Origin: Eledone cirrhosa
Taxonomy: Eukaryota
Assembly (NCBI GenBank): GCA_964016885.1
Contig: OZ024743.1
Location: 235,972,001-236,036,000, forward strand
Direction of reading: 5' to 3'
DNA length: 64,000 nucleotides
Below are positions 1 to 12,230 of the stretch, in pieces. How positions within the stretch are numbered: position 1 is the stretch's first letter; each line of letters starts with the position of its first letter. A program made the translations under genes and the position numbers. The notes beneath the pieces are model-generated. The model was not told the DNA's origin. It saw nothing but the letters and a program-made list of their open reading frames with translations, and made no database searches.

Positions 1-553
1 CAGTTTTGATACATAGACTTCATGTCATTGATTTAGAGTGTAGTGAGTTAAAGAGAATTAAATTGTTCATAGTGGGAGGGATGGAGAGAGAGAGAGAGAG
101 GGAAGAGATATTAAGAGATAAATATATATATAAAAAATAAAGATAAAAATAATGATAAAAATAAAAGTAAATATATATACATATACTATGCTATACATAT
201 ATAGATGTGTATGTATATATATATATATATATGTACATATGTATATATACACACACACAGACACACCTTATATACTCACATATAAGCTGAGGAATGTGAT
301 AAAATAAAATAAAACGATTGTAAAATGGGGAGGGGGTGTTGCTGCTCCATCTGACTCAGTTGAAAATGAATACCAGTAAACAACAGGGGTTAATACTTCA
401 ATAGATTTATAATGTTGTGTGAAGTGTCTTGTATTCTCAGTCAATGTCCAAGCAACTAGGACAAGTTCCTGGTTCCATCCAACCCATACAAGCAGAAATA
501 AACACAGAACATGCCATCTCTGAACTACTTTTCAACAACAACAACCGACGACT

Positions 554-1417
554 GTGTCTTCTACCATGCCTGTTGAAGGAGAAGAACAACAACAAAAATT
601 GACCGTCAATACGGAGTTTGAGGAAATACGGCAAATGATTTCCGCTTTAAGCCGAGAAATAGCGGGAATAAAATCAAGCGTTCGTGTAGAACCCCACAAT
701 GAGGGATCTTACCGCAGTGCCTTGTTAAAAAATCTCTGCGTACCTCATGTTGAACCTAGACGCATTGAGAATGCCACTGAATCTGCAAACCACGAAGTGA
801 TTACCATTGGTGTGCCGGAAGACATAGTTGATCTTCAGGCATTTGCTGCCAGTTCATCCAAAGACCTGGGCTGTGCTCCCGCAAATGGTGCTCTATGCCT
901 TGGCCGCCCAAGCCCGAAACCCAGGTTAATTAGACTGTCGTTTTCAAACTCAACTGAGGCACATTCATACCATGTAGCCTCTGATAAAGCTAGGCGTGAA
1001 AGTCGGATTGCTTTCCGAACACGCTCTGGACTTCCACCTGATGTCCGCCCAAAGTTGCGTGCTGCAGCTTCCTTAAACCGCAGCTTGGTAGAACATGAAA
1101 GCTTCAGCCTACGTGATGATGGGCAGATATGGAAGTTTGTTAAGGCTGGTAAAACATGGAAAAGAGATACCAGCTGGTCTGAAAACACTGCACCCACAAC
1201 AACTGACAATAAAGAAACTGAAAAAACTCTGGGAAACAACCTGCCATCCCCTGCACATAATCATATACTGGAATCAAGGTACAAATTGTTGTCCTTGAAT
1301 GCATGTAGTCTATGCAATATGATTCATCTTTTTGACACCTACGTCAAAAGTATGAACCCTGACTTCATTACAGTCACGGAAACTTGGGCACATCCCATAC
1401 ACTGTGATGGGGTTTGA
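554..1417 (+). pseudogene. LINE ORF1-like region continuing in frame into the endonuclease N-terminus
   Basis: Coiled-coil-like start (EEIRQMISALSREIAGIK), PRLIRLSF motif resembling CR1/L2 ORF1, then KLLSLNA...TETW in the same frame. TGA at 1415-1417 lies inside the EN domain. Confidence 0.7.
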
Positions 1418-2782
1418 AGCATAACTGGCTACAACCTGTTTCGTAAAGACCGCATTAATCGTGGTGGTGGTGGTGTAATGGTCTACGTTCGGTCAAATTT
1501 GTCGGCAATTCCTTGTGTTGATTTGAACCAATCACAGCAGGAAGTTTTTTTCCTGCGATATACGTATGACCATGTCAACACTGCTACTTGGAGTCGTTTA
1601 CCGTCCCCCAAATTACCATCAGGACACTCAACTTTGTGATATCCTCAGAGCTGCTGCCAGGAAAACAGCCACTTATGTTTTTATTGCAGGGGACTTCAAT
1701 CACCCTGAGATTGACTGGGAAACCTTTTGTTGGCCGCCAAGTGCAAATGACTTCCTTAAGCTAGTGCTGGACTCGAATTGGTCCCAAGTAGTCACCTCCA
1801 CAACAAGGTGACAACAGTTTGGACCTACTATTCACCACTACTCCTGAAATGGTCATTAGTGTTACTGCTGAGGAACCTTTGGGTGACTCTGATCATTGTC
1901 AATCTATCCCTCATGGGCAGTAACAAAAACCACAACCATCTCCAAACTGCTCACTTTGACTGGAACTGTTACTACACCCAGTTGCAACGGCCAAACTGGC
2001 TTGAGTTTTACGACTCTGGAGATGTCAACACTGTACTCCAGAACATCCTGAGCTCAATATAGACAGCATGTGCAGCATCGGTGCCACGTAAGCGGAAAAA
2101 ACATCCCAAAAGTGCAATTTGAGAGACTGCAGCAGTCCGTCTTGCCAGAAAAGAATGTCACAATGCTGAACATGAGTACAAACTTCACAAATCAGGCATT
2201 AATAGGAAGAGGCGAAATAGATTGTCCAACCACCTCAAACAGGTGACAAAAAAGGCAGTGCTTCAATTTGAGCAGCGCATAGCAACCAGCCCTGACAGTG
2301 AGGTGTTCTGGAAGTATGTTCACTCAAAGCAGAGGCCTCACTCTCCAGTTGGTCCTCTTCACAATCCCCACACAAGCCAGGTTACTGACGACCCCAAGGA
2401 ATGCGCAAAGCTCATTGCTGAATGCTATGCAGGCATTTTCACTATTGAAGACCAGAGTGTACCATCTCCACCACCTATGACACCGGACTCTATTACAACC
2501 ATGGAATTTACACCTGCAATGCTGCGACGTCACCTAAAAATAAACGCAACCATGCCTCTCCTGGTCTTGATGGTGTTACGTACCTGCTTCTTAAACGTGG
2601 TGGGTACTTCTTTCTCCACCAGTTATCACGCTTCTTCCAATTCTGTCTGAACAATGGTGCTACTCCAGAACAGTGGAAAACTGCCAATGTCATTCGTCTG
2701 TTCAAAAACGGTGACCGCACATCATCTGTGAACTATCGTCCAGTCAATCTTACTAGTTGCATTGCCAAACTGATGGAATCCT

Positions 2783-3736
2783 GTGTCAGAGAAACACTTT
2801 CGAACTTCTGGAACTCTCAGTCTTATCCGGCCCTCACAATTTGGATTTATCCACAACTCCAGCTGCTGTGATCAACTTATCGAGTTTCTTGAAGACATCA
2901 CCCGGATCACTGATGGCGGCTCATGGGTGGATGTTGTTTACCTTGACTTTGCAAAAGCTTTCAATTCTGTGCCACACAAAAGGTTTATAGCAAAGCTCTC
3001 TGCAATGGGTGTGACGGATGATCTTTTTAACTGGTTGAAGTCCTTCATTCTCAGTCGAAGAGAGGTAGTCACGGTTCTGGGACAGCATTCCTCACCATAT
3101 GAGATGTCATCTGGTGTACCACAGGGATCTGTTCTTGGCCCCCTTTTGTTTGGGGCATATATTAATGACATAGATGCCAACTTAAAGAATGCCACAGTAC
3201 TAAAGTACGCAGATGACATCAAGCTGTACCTTGAGATAAAAAGGACAGATCCTGAACACTATAGATCTTGCTTGCAGTCTGACCTGGACACAATGCAACA
3301 ATGGATCTCAGACTGGCAACTCAAGCTAGCTGTGGACAAGTGCACCACCATGCATTTTGGGAGTAAAAACCCAGCGTCCACATACTCCGTCCACAGTACT
3401 AATATCAAGAAGTCTTCTTGTGAACGTGACCTGGGGATTACGGTCAGCAGCGATTTGAGTTGGATGAAGCACGTCTCTAAAATTGTCAAGAGGGCCGAGG
3501 GTGTCTTAGCATCACTCAGCAAGACCTTTGTCAGCCGCTCTCCAGCTATCTATTTAAGGCTGTACATGGCTATGGTGCAGCCACACTTAGAATTTGCATC
3601 ACTAGTCTGGAACCCCTATCTTGCTCAGAACATTGACCGCCTGGAAACTGTTCAGAGACGTGCAACCAAGCAATACCCTCCATCAGGCATCTACCATACT
3701 CTGAGCGCCTTGCTTCCCTGGGCATGGATACATTGA
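2783..3736 (+). pseudogene. CR1 reverse transcriptase fragment
   Basis: QFGF, VDVVYLDFAKAF, GVPQGSVLGP, YADD motifs in the ORF track. Confidence 0.95.
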
Positions 3737-4240
3737 AGCTCCGACGCCTGGCAACTGACTTGGTAAATACCCACAAAATTGTTAACCATCTTGCCAACAA
3801 CAACCCTGAGTACCTTTTTGATTTCCATGTGTCTAACACACGTGGGCATGCTCACAAAGTCAGAAACAGTACAGTTTCCATGACTTTCGGAAACATATTT
3901 TCATGCTCAGAGTTGCTGAAGCATGGAACAAACTACCTGCATCGATTGTTAGCTGTCGAGACACTGCATCCTTTAAGGCCGCCATGCTTCCTGAGATTCG
4001 CCAACACTACACCTAATATTCCCCCTCCATACACATACACACATGTATATCATGACTATACACTATTCACTTCCCTGACATTTGTGTATTATTCTATGTA
4101 CTATACATGCACCTTTGACGAGTTGTAGTGCACCTGAGCACTTTACACAATAATTTCATTATTATTATTATTAAATCCTGCCAAATTCTCAATTATTTTG
4201 AAATTGTACTGAAGTATAAGCCATGTGATACTATACCAAT

Positions 4241-4730
4241 ATGGTGGTGATGGTGGTTGTGATGATGGTGGTTGTGTTGGTGGCGGTGATGGTGGTTGTG
4301 TTGGTGGTGATGTTGGTGGCGGTGATGGTGGTTGTGTTGGTGGTGGCTGTGGTGATGGTGGTTGTGTTGGTGGTTGTGATGGTGGTTGTGGTGGTGGTTG
4401 TGGTGATGATGGTGGTTGTGGTGATGATGGTGGTGGTGGTGATGATGGTGGTGGTGGTAGTTGTGGTGGTGGTGGTTGTAGTGGTTGTGGTGGTGGTAGT
4501 GGTTGCGGTGATGGTCGTTGTGTTGGTGGCGGTGGTGATGGTTGTGTTGGTGATGGTAGTGGTAGTGGTGGTGGTGGTGGTAGTGGTGGTGGTGGTAGTG
4601 GTGATGGTGGTAGTGGTGATGGTGGTGGTTGTGGTGATGGTGGTGGTGGTTGTGGTGATGGTGGTGGTGGTTGTGGTGATGGTGGTGGTGGTTGTGGTGA
4701 TGGTGGTGGTAGTGGTGATGGTGGTGGTAG
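4241..4730. repeat. (GGT/GAT/TGT)n trinucleotide microsatellite
   Basis: Seen directly; explains the poly-Gly and poly-Val ORFs. Confidence 0.95.
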
Positions 4731-5389
4731 TTTTAGGTCCTGTGAAGTCTTATCAACCTCAAATATTTACTAACTTAATTCCTATTTCAATGACCAACCC
4801 AGCTATCAATGTATATAATATATATTATAGACAATATTTGACAATATAACACACACATCACACATATACATGCGTGTGTGTGATGTGTGTGTGTGACAAA
4901 ACTGTTTAGTGGGAATGAGAGAGAATGATATGCCAACAATTCTTCTTTTGTCTACTTTATGGGTGAAAAATGTAAAAAGACATTTTAACATGAGTTGACC
5001 TGTAAGGTGACACAGGTAGACAAGTTCTATAGAAATAGATAACAACTCAGAAAATAGTAAAATAAAGGAACCTTTGCTTCTATTTAACATAAAGGGCCTT
5101 TGTTGTTCTGTTGGGGTCATTTTACATTAATATGTGGTTAAGATGTTTGTTCTGTAAACATATGGTTTCTTGTTTGTTCCCAATGTATGGCACCTTGGGC
5201 AAGTGTCTACTCTTTACTATCACCACAGGTTGACCAATTCCTGTGGAATCTCATATACGGAATTTGTAGAGACCCATTCTATATGTTTTTTAAATTACAT
5301 ATAAAGGGCAGAAGAACTCAGGAGAGTGAATGGCCATCCAAAGAAGAGGGGGAGGGGTAGTAGAGTGAGAGACCCCTAGTCTTCATTAA

Positions 5390-5732
5390 CCCCTTTAGCA
5401 TTTACGTTACTCTATATTTACTATTATATTTTCACGGTAAAGGCTTTATCTTACATAATTATCTCATATAATATTGAATCTACGACATTGATATTATTTA
5501 TTTCTGAGTTCAAATACCGCCGAGGTTAACTTTGCCTTTCATCCTTACGGGGTCGATAAAATAAAGTACCAGTAATGTACTGGGTAATTGCTGGCCTTGT
5601 GCCAAAAGTAGAAACAATTATTTATTTCTAGAACAATACCTTAACATCAGTATGAGCTCCGGTTACAGCTGGTTTGAACAGAAAGAGTTGAGGGAATTCT
5701 GGCCGGATATGGCCAGTTTAAATGCTAAAGGG
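5390..5732. mobile_element. piggyBac-type MITE with a nested SINE
   Basis: TTAA|CCCCTTTAGCATTT ... AAATGCTAAAGGG|TTAA: terminal inverted repeats and TTAA target duplication. Confidence 0.8.
5503..5622 (+). mobile_element. tRNA-derived SINE family A (5'-truncated copy)
   Basis: B-box-like GAGTTCAAAT followed by cgccgaggttaactttgcctttcatcc...gtcgataaaataaagtaccag; about 10 copies in the window. Confidence 0.85.
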
Positions 5733-6570
5733 TTAAGACATCTCTCTAGAAGAAGGTCACTTTGAATAAAACCTGCGACTTTGTTTACATCCAATGATGT
5801 AGACCAGTTCATCTTCTTGGGTAAATGTATTCAATGTTAAGAGAGTAGGATTGGCCCCGTGCAAAGCCTTTCCTTACTTAATAAAGCTTCAATCACAGGC
5901 ATTGCTTGATATGTGATATTTTTTGCAATACATGGTATTGCTGGTCACAGGAAAGTCCCTAGCTGGACTAAAAAGCCACGTCCATGATGTTCAAGCAATG
6001 GCATTACCCGAAATCAAGTTGCAGCCATCATCATATGTTTGTTTCTGTTTGTGTTTGTGTTTGTATAACTTAGCAACCAGACATGTAAGAGACCAATAAA
6101 ATAAGTACCAAACTAGCAAAAAAATAGATTTTATAGTCCTTATGTTCCCCTAAATCCCTTTGAAGTGGTGCCCTAGCGTAGAAGTAGTCAAAATACTAAA
6201 ATAAACAACACTTAATATAGCTGTGAAGAATTGCAGCAGATTCCAGCATTCCAACAGTGGAACCATCAAGTCTGGTTTACCATTCCACAGAGACATGCAG
6301 AAAAATCTATCAACACACTAATGAAATATTGATTAAAACATATTGATTAATTCTGGCAGTTGGCCATATTTCATTTTTCTCTCTCTATAAATCTTTATAT
6401 CTTTCCAAGAATACCACCCCACCCCCTCTCATTTACATATTTCGACAATTAACACAACTGACATACACACACATACATGTAGATGTGTGTGTGTGTGTAT
6501 ATATATATGTGTGTGTAGACATATATATATACAAACACGCATGTACATTTAGACATGTATAGACATACAC

Positions 6571-6607
<37 letters not shown>

Positions 6608-7385
6608 AGTGACTATATATATATATATATATATATATATTGAAGGGTGTTGTGTGGAGCTGTATGGTGTTGTGTGGAGTCTTATAACTGTGTATTGTGT
6701 TGTAGCTAACATGAGTTTCTACTGTTGGTGTGAATTTGTAACAGAAAAGTGAAGTGAAATATTTTGCTTGAGGGGGAAAAATAGATTTGCCAGTAAACTT
6801 CCAACTGGATGTCATTAAAACTAGACAGGAAAAAAAAAAACACAAACATAATTCATAATAAAACAACAGCTAAAATGTTTTAATTGAATCTAACATGCAA
6901 TTAGAAAAGAGGAAAAGAGGGAAAACCCCCCAAAAAAGTGGCATTATAGAAAACAAAACCAATCTGACAAGCCTTCTATGATCAGAAATCAACAAAAAAT
7001 CATGATTCCTCTTCTGTTTTCTTGATATGAGGAAACATTTTTTCTTCCGTTTTTTTTTTGTTGCAATCTTCAATTTCTTAGTTTAAAACTAGATAGGAAA
7101 CACAAGAAGGTATCAAAGGGGAACTTATTAAAACAGGTGGCTGAGTGGTTAGGGTGCCCAGCTCAAGATTATCAGGTGGGGAGTTTGATTTCTGATGAAG
7201 CACTGTGACCTTGTAAAAAAACTATATTTTATAAGAATAAACATTGTCTCTTATCGAGACGAAGCGAGAATATATTGGAATTCATAGAAAAATGAGAAAA
7301 TTCAATGATAGACCAGCTGTTAAAATAGTCAAACAATGTTAATGACAGTAATGGGCAAACATGCTTCAGCGGACAGAAACCAACA

Positions 7386-7838
7386 GTTTACCGTGTGGAC
7401 TGGGTGCTTTTTATTGTGACACCTACATGACCACTTTACAGTGTGGAGTGGGTGCTTTTTGTTGTGACACCTACATGACCACTTTACAGTGTGGACTGGG
7501 TGCTTTTTGTTGTGGCACCTACATGACCACTTTACAGTGTGGACTGGGTGCTTTTTGTTGTGATACCTAGATGACCACTTTACACTGTGGACTGGGTGTT
7601 TTTGTTGTGACACCTGCACGACCACTTCACAGCGTGGACTGGGTTCTTTTTGCTGTGACACCTACATGACCACTTTACAGTGTGGACTGGGTGTTTTTTG
7701 TCATGACACCTACATGACCAATTTACAGTGTGGACTGGGTGTTTTTTGTCATGACACCTACATGACCAATTTACAGTGTGGGCTGGGTGCTTTTTGTCAT
7801 GACACCTGCACAACCACTTTACAGTGTGGACTGGGTGG
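7386..7838. repeat. 48-bp minisatellite (about 9 units) derived from the RTE/SINE 3' UTR
   Basis: Unit accactttacagtgtggactgggtgctttttgttgtgacacctacatg; matches the short internal repeat in RTE 3' UTRs (e.g. 45690-45780, 57730-57825). Confidence 0.92.
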
Positions 7839-7892
7839 TTATTATCTGTGAATGCGTTAGAGAAGGTTGAGCTGGAATAGGAGAAGACTTAC

Positions 7893-7977
7893 TTGAGCTG
7901 TAACTATCAGTTGAAGACTGAGATACTGAACGACTGCGTATCCGAGGCCGTTGGGGGGTTAGGTTGTATTTGATTTC
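7893..7977 (-). CDS. AHCYL1: Internal coding exon of an IRBIT / adenosylhomocysteinase-like (AHCYL1/AHCYL2-type) gene: EIKYNLTPQRPRIRSRSVSQSSTDSYSS
   Basis: Minus strand: acceptor tttctattttgcag, 85-nt open exon (phase 0 to phase 1), donor AA|gtaagt. Peptide matches the vertebrate IRBIT motif SRSISQSSTDSYSS (recalled, not searched). Probably a co-orthologue of AHCYL1 and AHCYL2. Confidence 0.85.
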
Positions 7978-8092
7978 CTGCAAAATAGAAATATATTCAA
8001 TATGTAAGAAATTATTTCACTTAATATGCACACCTATGTATTTATGAATATACATATGTATGTAGGTTCATATATACATACATGTAGGGACA

Positions 8093-8124
<32 letters not shown>

Positions 8125-8219
8125 ATAACCATAACTGATCTTACATTCCACTTTTCCATACTGGCTTAGGTTGAACGGGACTTTTGAAACAAACAGACGT
8201 GTGAATATGTGTGTAAATG

Positions 8220-8255
<36 letters not shown>

Positions 8256-8267
8256 TTATATATATAT

Positions 8268-8573
8268 AAGCATATAGACAATATGCCCCCCCCCCCCCCC
8301 AAAGTGGTCGTGGAGGTGCCACGGCAAAAAAGCACCCAGCCTACACTGTAAAGTGGACGTGTAGGTGCCACGGAAAAAAAACCCACCCAGCACTCACTGT
8401 AAATGAGGTTGCTGTCAGGAAGGGCATCCAGCTGTAGAAATCAAGCCAGAATCAGTTCCCATATGAGCAAGACACGGTCAGCCGACTGGACACTGCCCAC
8501 AACAGGACAACCCGTCTAACCCATGCTAGCGTGGAAGAACGGACGTAAAAAAATGATGATGATGATGATGATG
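8268..8573 (+). mobile_element. RTE 3' UTR fragment with (GAT)n tail
   Basis: Matches the 3' UTR of the RTE at 45520-45830; ends acccatgctagcgtggaagaacggacgtaaaa(tga)n. Confidence 0.85.
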
Positions 8574-9296
8574 AATGTCAGTCTACAGTGCCATGATATG
8601 ACCTTGAGCAAGATAATCTATTTAGTTGACAACATTTGTTGTACCTGTAATTTAGAGTGTCAGCCCTGTCACCTTAAATCTCCCTGAGAAATATGTTAAG
8701 GATACCCATGTCTGTGAAATGCTCAGCCACTTGTACATTAATTTCATCAGCAGGTTGTCCCATTTGTCAGACAACTGGGAAGGTCCACATTAACATTCCC
8801 AATAAGGGCCACAGAATTATCCTATCAAAGACAGTTTGTGTCTTTATAATGACAGACTTGTACTTAAAATAAATTAGAGAGGCTTCCATCTGTCTGTTAC
8901 ACTGTGTGTGTGTGTGAATGTATTATCATCATCATGTGTGTAAAAGGAGGGAAGGGGATGGTGGAAAAACTATAGCAAAATAACGGTTGGCATTTCATTT
9001 GCTATACTGTGTGTGAGTGTATGTGAGTATGTGTGTATGTGTGAATATATGAGTGTGTTTGTGTGAATATATGTGTGTGTGTGTGTTTGTACATTTATAT
9101 CAATATAATCATACATATAAGCGTATGTATATGCACATACACACACACACACACATCAGCAAGTTGAAAAAAATTCTAGTATTTAGAATTGCCAAGTTTT
9201 CAATCAAAACTCGCTAGATACACTTTTTTTCTGAGAAAGTCTTTTGAAGTCTGTCATATTATCTATTATGTTAAAGGACACACACACACAGATATA

Positions 9297-9619
9297 TCAT
9301 CATCATCATCATTTTACGTCCGCTTTTCCCTGCTTGCAAGGGTGGGACGGGAACCGATTCTCGCTTGATTTCTACAGCTGGATGCCCTTCCTAACACCAA
9401 CCTCATTTACAGTGAGTGCTGGGTGCTTTTTTGCCGTGGCACCTCCACGACCACTTTGCAGTGGAATGATATGGATCCCAGTCCCTATCATCTCATTTCT
9501 ACAGCTGAGTAAACTGGAGCAATGTGAAATAAAGTGTCTTGCTCACCCGGTCTGAGAATTGAACTCACAACCTTTCGATTGCAAGGCCAATGCTCTAACC
9601 ACTAAGCCATGCGCCTTCA
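9297..9619 (-). mobile_element. Composite SINE family B (tRNA head plus RTE-derived 3' tail)
   Basis: Minus strand: TGGCTTAGTGGTTAGAGC (A box), GAGTTCAATTC (B box), body, then the RTE 3' UTR segment and (GAT)n tail. Near-identical to 54530-54841 and 55235-55553. Confidence 0.85.
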
Positions 9620-9828
9620 TATATATGTAAAATGTGCCTCCATCTATATATATATATATGAAAAAGGTAAATAGAATTGGTACAGTATTTGGAAGGGATA
9701 TATTAGGTTAACGCTTGATATAGCAGGAAGAGGGTCTTAACATTTTGGTTGCTAGTCCTTCAGCAGAAGAAAGAATGAGAAATTGAAGGGATTGGTGGGG
9801 TGGAATTGGAAGAAATGTGTTTAGAGAT

Positions 9829-9862
<34 letters not shown>

Positions 9863-10632
9863 TATATCAAGTGTGATGGACAGAGACAAGATACAGAGAA
9901 ATAGGTTTCCTTTTATAGATTATCACTACTACTAGTATTACTTTGCAAAGTAGTTTGAATTTATATAAAAATTAGCGCAAATATTTGAAAAGTAGCAAAA
10001 AATCCTATGAAGCAGTTGCTGGCTACATGCACTCTGCTGGAAAAGAGCATGATTCTTATCTTGTCCTGGGGGCCATACTGAACATCCTTAAGGGCTGCAT
10101 ACAGCCCTAGGGCAACAGGTTGGGGGGTCTCTGCCTAACACTATGCTGCTAGCATCACACCATCTTCATCTTAATGTGTCCACTACCTTTACCAAGATTT
10201 CTTACATCATAGCCACCACCCTCTCTCTCCAGCTCACCGCATCTGCTCATCTCTTGACATGGCTACATGCTGTTTAGAGCCACCCCACAATTGAATAGTT
10301 GTACACCAATCTACCACACATCAAGACCAATTCCTGTTTGTTCATGCTGGTGCCTAGTTCTGGGATTTCATTTCCCCTCTGAAATAGAAATGTACCCAAC
10401 TTGTGTATTCACAGCTTAAGTCCCAGAGCAGCCCTTCCTTCCATCATTCCTGGTGGTTTCACAGTTAATCTAAACCCCTTAAGATAGCCTATGATGACTG
10501 TGGCTGACACCAGTCTTGTCCACTAAGATATCAATATAGGAATTGGTGGCCCTTTTCACCTTCTTTACCTCACCTAGGATGGCCTTGAGAGCCCTTGCCA
10601 AAATTTTTGGTGCTGAATTCAACCCCAACCAC

Positions 10633-11435
10633 AGCCTGGTCAGACAGTACACCTGGCCCCTAATACCATACCAGCCTGATCAGACAGTACATATGGCCCC
10701 TAATACCTTACCAGCTAGTCAGACAGTACATCTGGCTCATAATACCTTACCAGCCTGGTCAGACAGTACATCTGGCTCCTAATACCTTACCAGCCTGGTC
10801 AGACAGTACATCTGGCCGTAACACCTTCCAGCCTGGTCAGAAAGTACATCTGGCCTTAATACCTTACAGCCTGGTCAGACAGTACATCTGGCCTTAGCAC
10901 CTTCCAGCTGGTCAGGCAGTACATCTGGCCTTAGCACCTTCCAGCTGGTCAGACAGTACATCTGGCCTTAGCACCTTCCAGCTGGTCAGACAGTACATCT
11001 GGCCTTAATACCTTCCAGCCTGGTCAGACAGTACATCTGGCCTTAACACTTTCCAGCCTGGTCAGACAGTACATCTGGCCCTAACACCTTTCAGCTGGTC
11101 AGACAGTACATCTGGCCTTAGCACCTTCCAGCTGGTCAGACAGTACATCTGGCCTTAATACCTTCCAGCCTGGTCAGACAGTACATCTGGCCTTAACACT
11201 TTCCAGCCTGGTCAGACAGTACATCTGGCCCTAACACCTTTCAGCTGGTCAGACAGTACATCTGGCCTTAGCACCTTCCAGCTGGTCAGACAGTACATCT
11301 GGCCTTAATACCTTCCAGCCTGGTCAGACAGTACATCTGGCCTTAACACTTTCCAGCCTGGTCAGACAGTACATCTGGCCCTAACACCTTCCAGCTGGTC
11401 AGACAGTACATGCGGCCCTAATAGCTTACCAGCTG
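10633..11435. repeat. 37-40 bp minisatellite (about 21 units) inside the Gypsy RT
   Basis: Unit ccagcctggtcagacagtacatctggccttaatacctt; a 150-bp four-unit block recurs at 11041, 11191 and 11341. Confidence 0.95.
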
Positions 11436-12097
11436 ATACTTCCAGAGTTTCTCAGCCACATGTAGCTGCAGATATGCCAACTGCAACTTGACAATTGTGT
11501 AATCCCCTGTCAACTGTCTCCACTCTCACAAGGAGCCAACATTTGTAACCTTGTTACCCATGTGACACACCCAGCCAACATTTGTAACACTGTTGCCCAT
11601 GTGACACTAAGTAGTTGTTCAACTCTCCAATGTCCAGTACTGGCCTGACTTTGGTTTTCATTGGCTGCACTACGGCCATTAGTGACAACACACTGCTCTT
11701 TACCTCTGCCTTCCAAGGGATTAAAATATCCTCCTTAATCGATCTTTCCACCTCTCCCTTCTATACACACCAGGCATCTCCTTCCATGGTATGCTGATAG
11801 TAACTCACATCATCAGGTTCACCCTTCTCACCACTTCTGACCATCTAACATAGCCTGAAAACCCTTCATTTAAACGTTGTGTGCAGCATATTTTTCTTCA
11901 GGGCTCTCCCCAATATCCTGCTGCGCACTCACAGTGTCCCTGCACCACCAAATGTTACCCCATCCTTAGTAACACCTAAATGCCTGACTCTATCCACTCT
12001 CATCACGACATTGTCAATCACAATTGGTTGCAGTCTTATTCTCATTCCATGTACCACCATCTCCACTGCTTCCTTTACACGAATCTCTCTGTCATCA

Positions 12098-12230
12098 ATT
12101 GCCCTTACACTACTCCACTTTTCAACCATCAACTGCCCTTACACTACTCCACCTTTCAACCATAAACTGCCCTTACACTACTCCACTTTTCAACCATAAA
12201 CTGCCCTTACACTACTCCACTTTTCAACCA
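12098..12230. repeat. About 35-bp tandem repeat (4 units) inside the Gypsy protease region
   Basis: Unit aactgcccttacactactccacttttcaaccat(a/c)a. Confidence 0.9.

Larger units (their letters stand above)
470..4173 (+). mobile_element. CR1-type non-LTR retrotransposon (LINE), near full length, inactivated by stops and frameshifts
   Basis: APE endonuclease motifs (LLSLNA, ITVTETW, GYNLFRKDR, GGGV, YRPP, AGDFNHPEIDW) at about 1283-1800. RT motifs (YRPVNL, VYLDFAKAF, SGVPQGSVLGPLLF, YADD, ERDLGI, WNPY) at about 2730-3740. 3' UTR ends in an (ATT)n tail at about 4158-4173. 5' boundary uncertain. Confidence 0.93.

Noticed and set aside
4225-4849. Gly-rich and Val-rich ORFs
   Set aside because: Translations of a (GGT)n microsatellite with no splice or homology support.
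6218-6332. Possible plus-strand exon CEELQQIPAFQQWNHQVW
   Set aside because: Weak acceptor, no convincing donor, no recognisable homology, and antisense to the IRBIT intron.
1-7880. Next AHCYL exon (expected SYTDSSDDE...FCVKNI)
   Set aside because: Not found by eye in the unique segments; probably lies left of the window.
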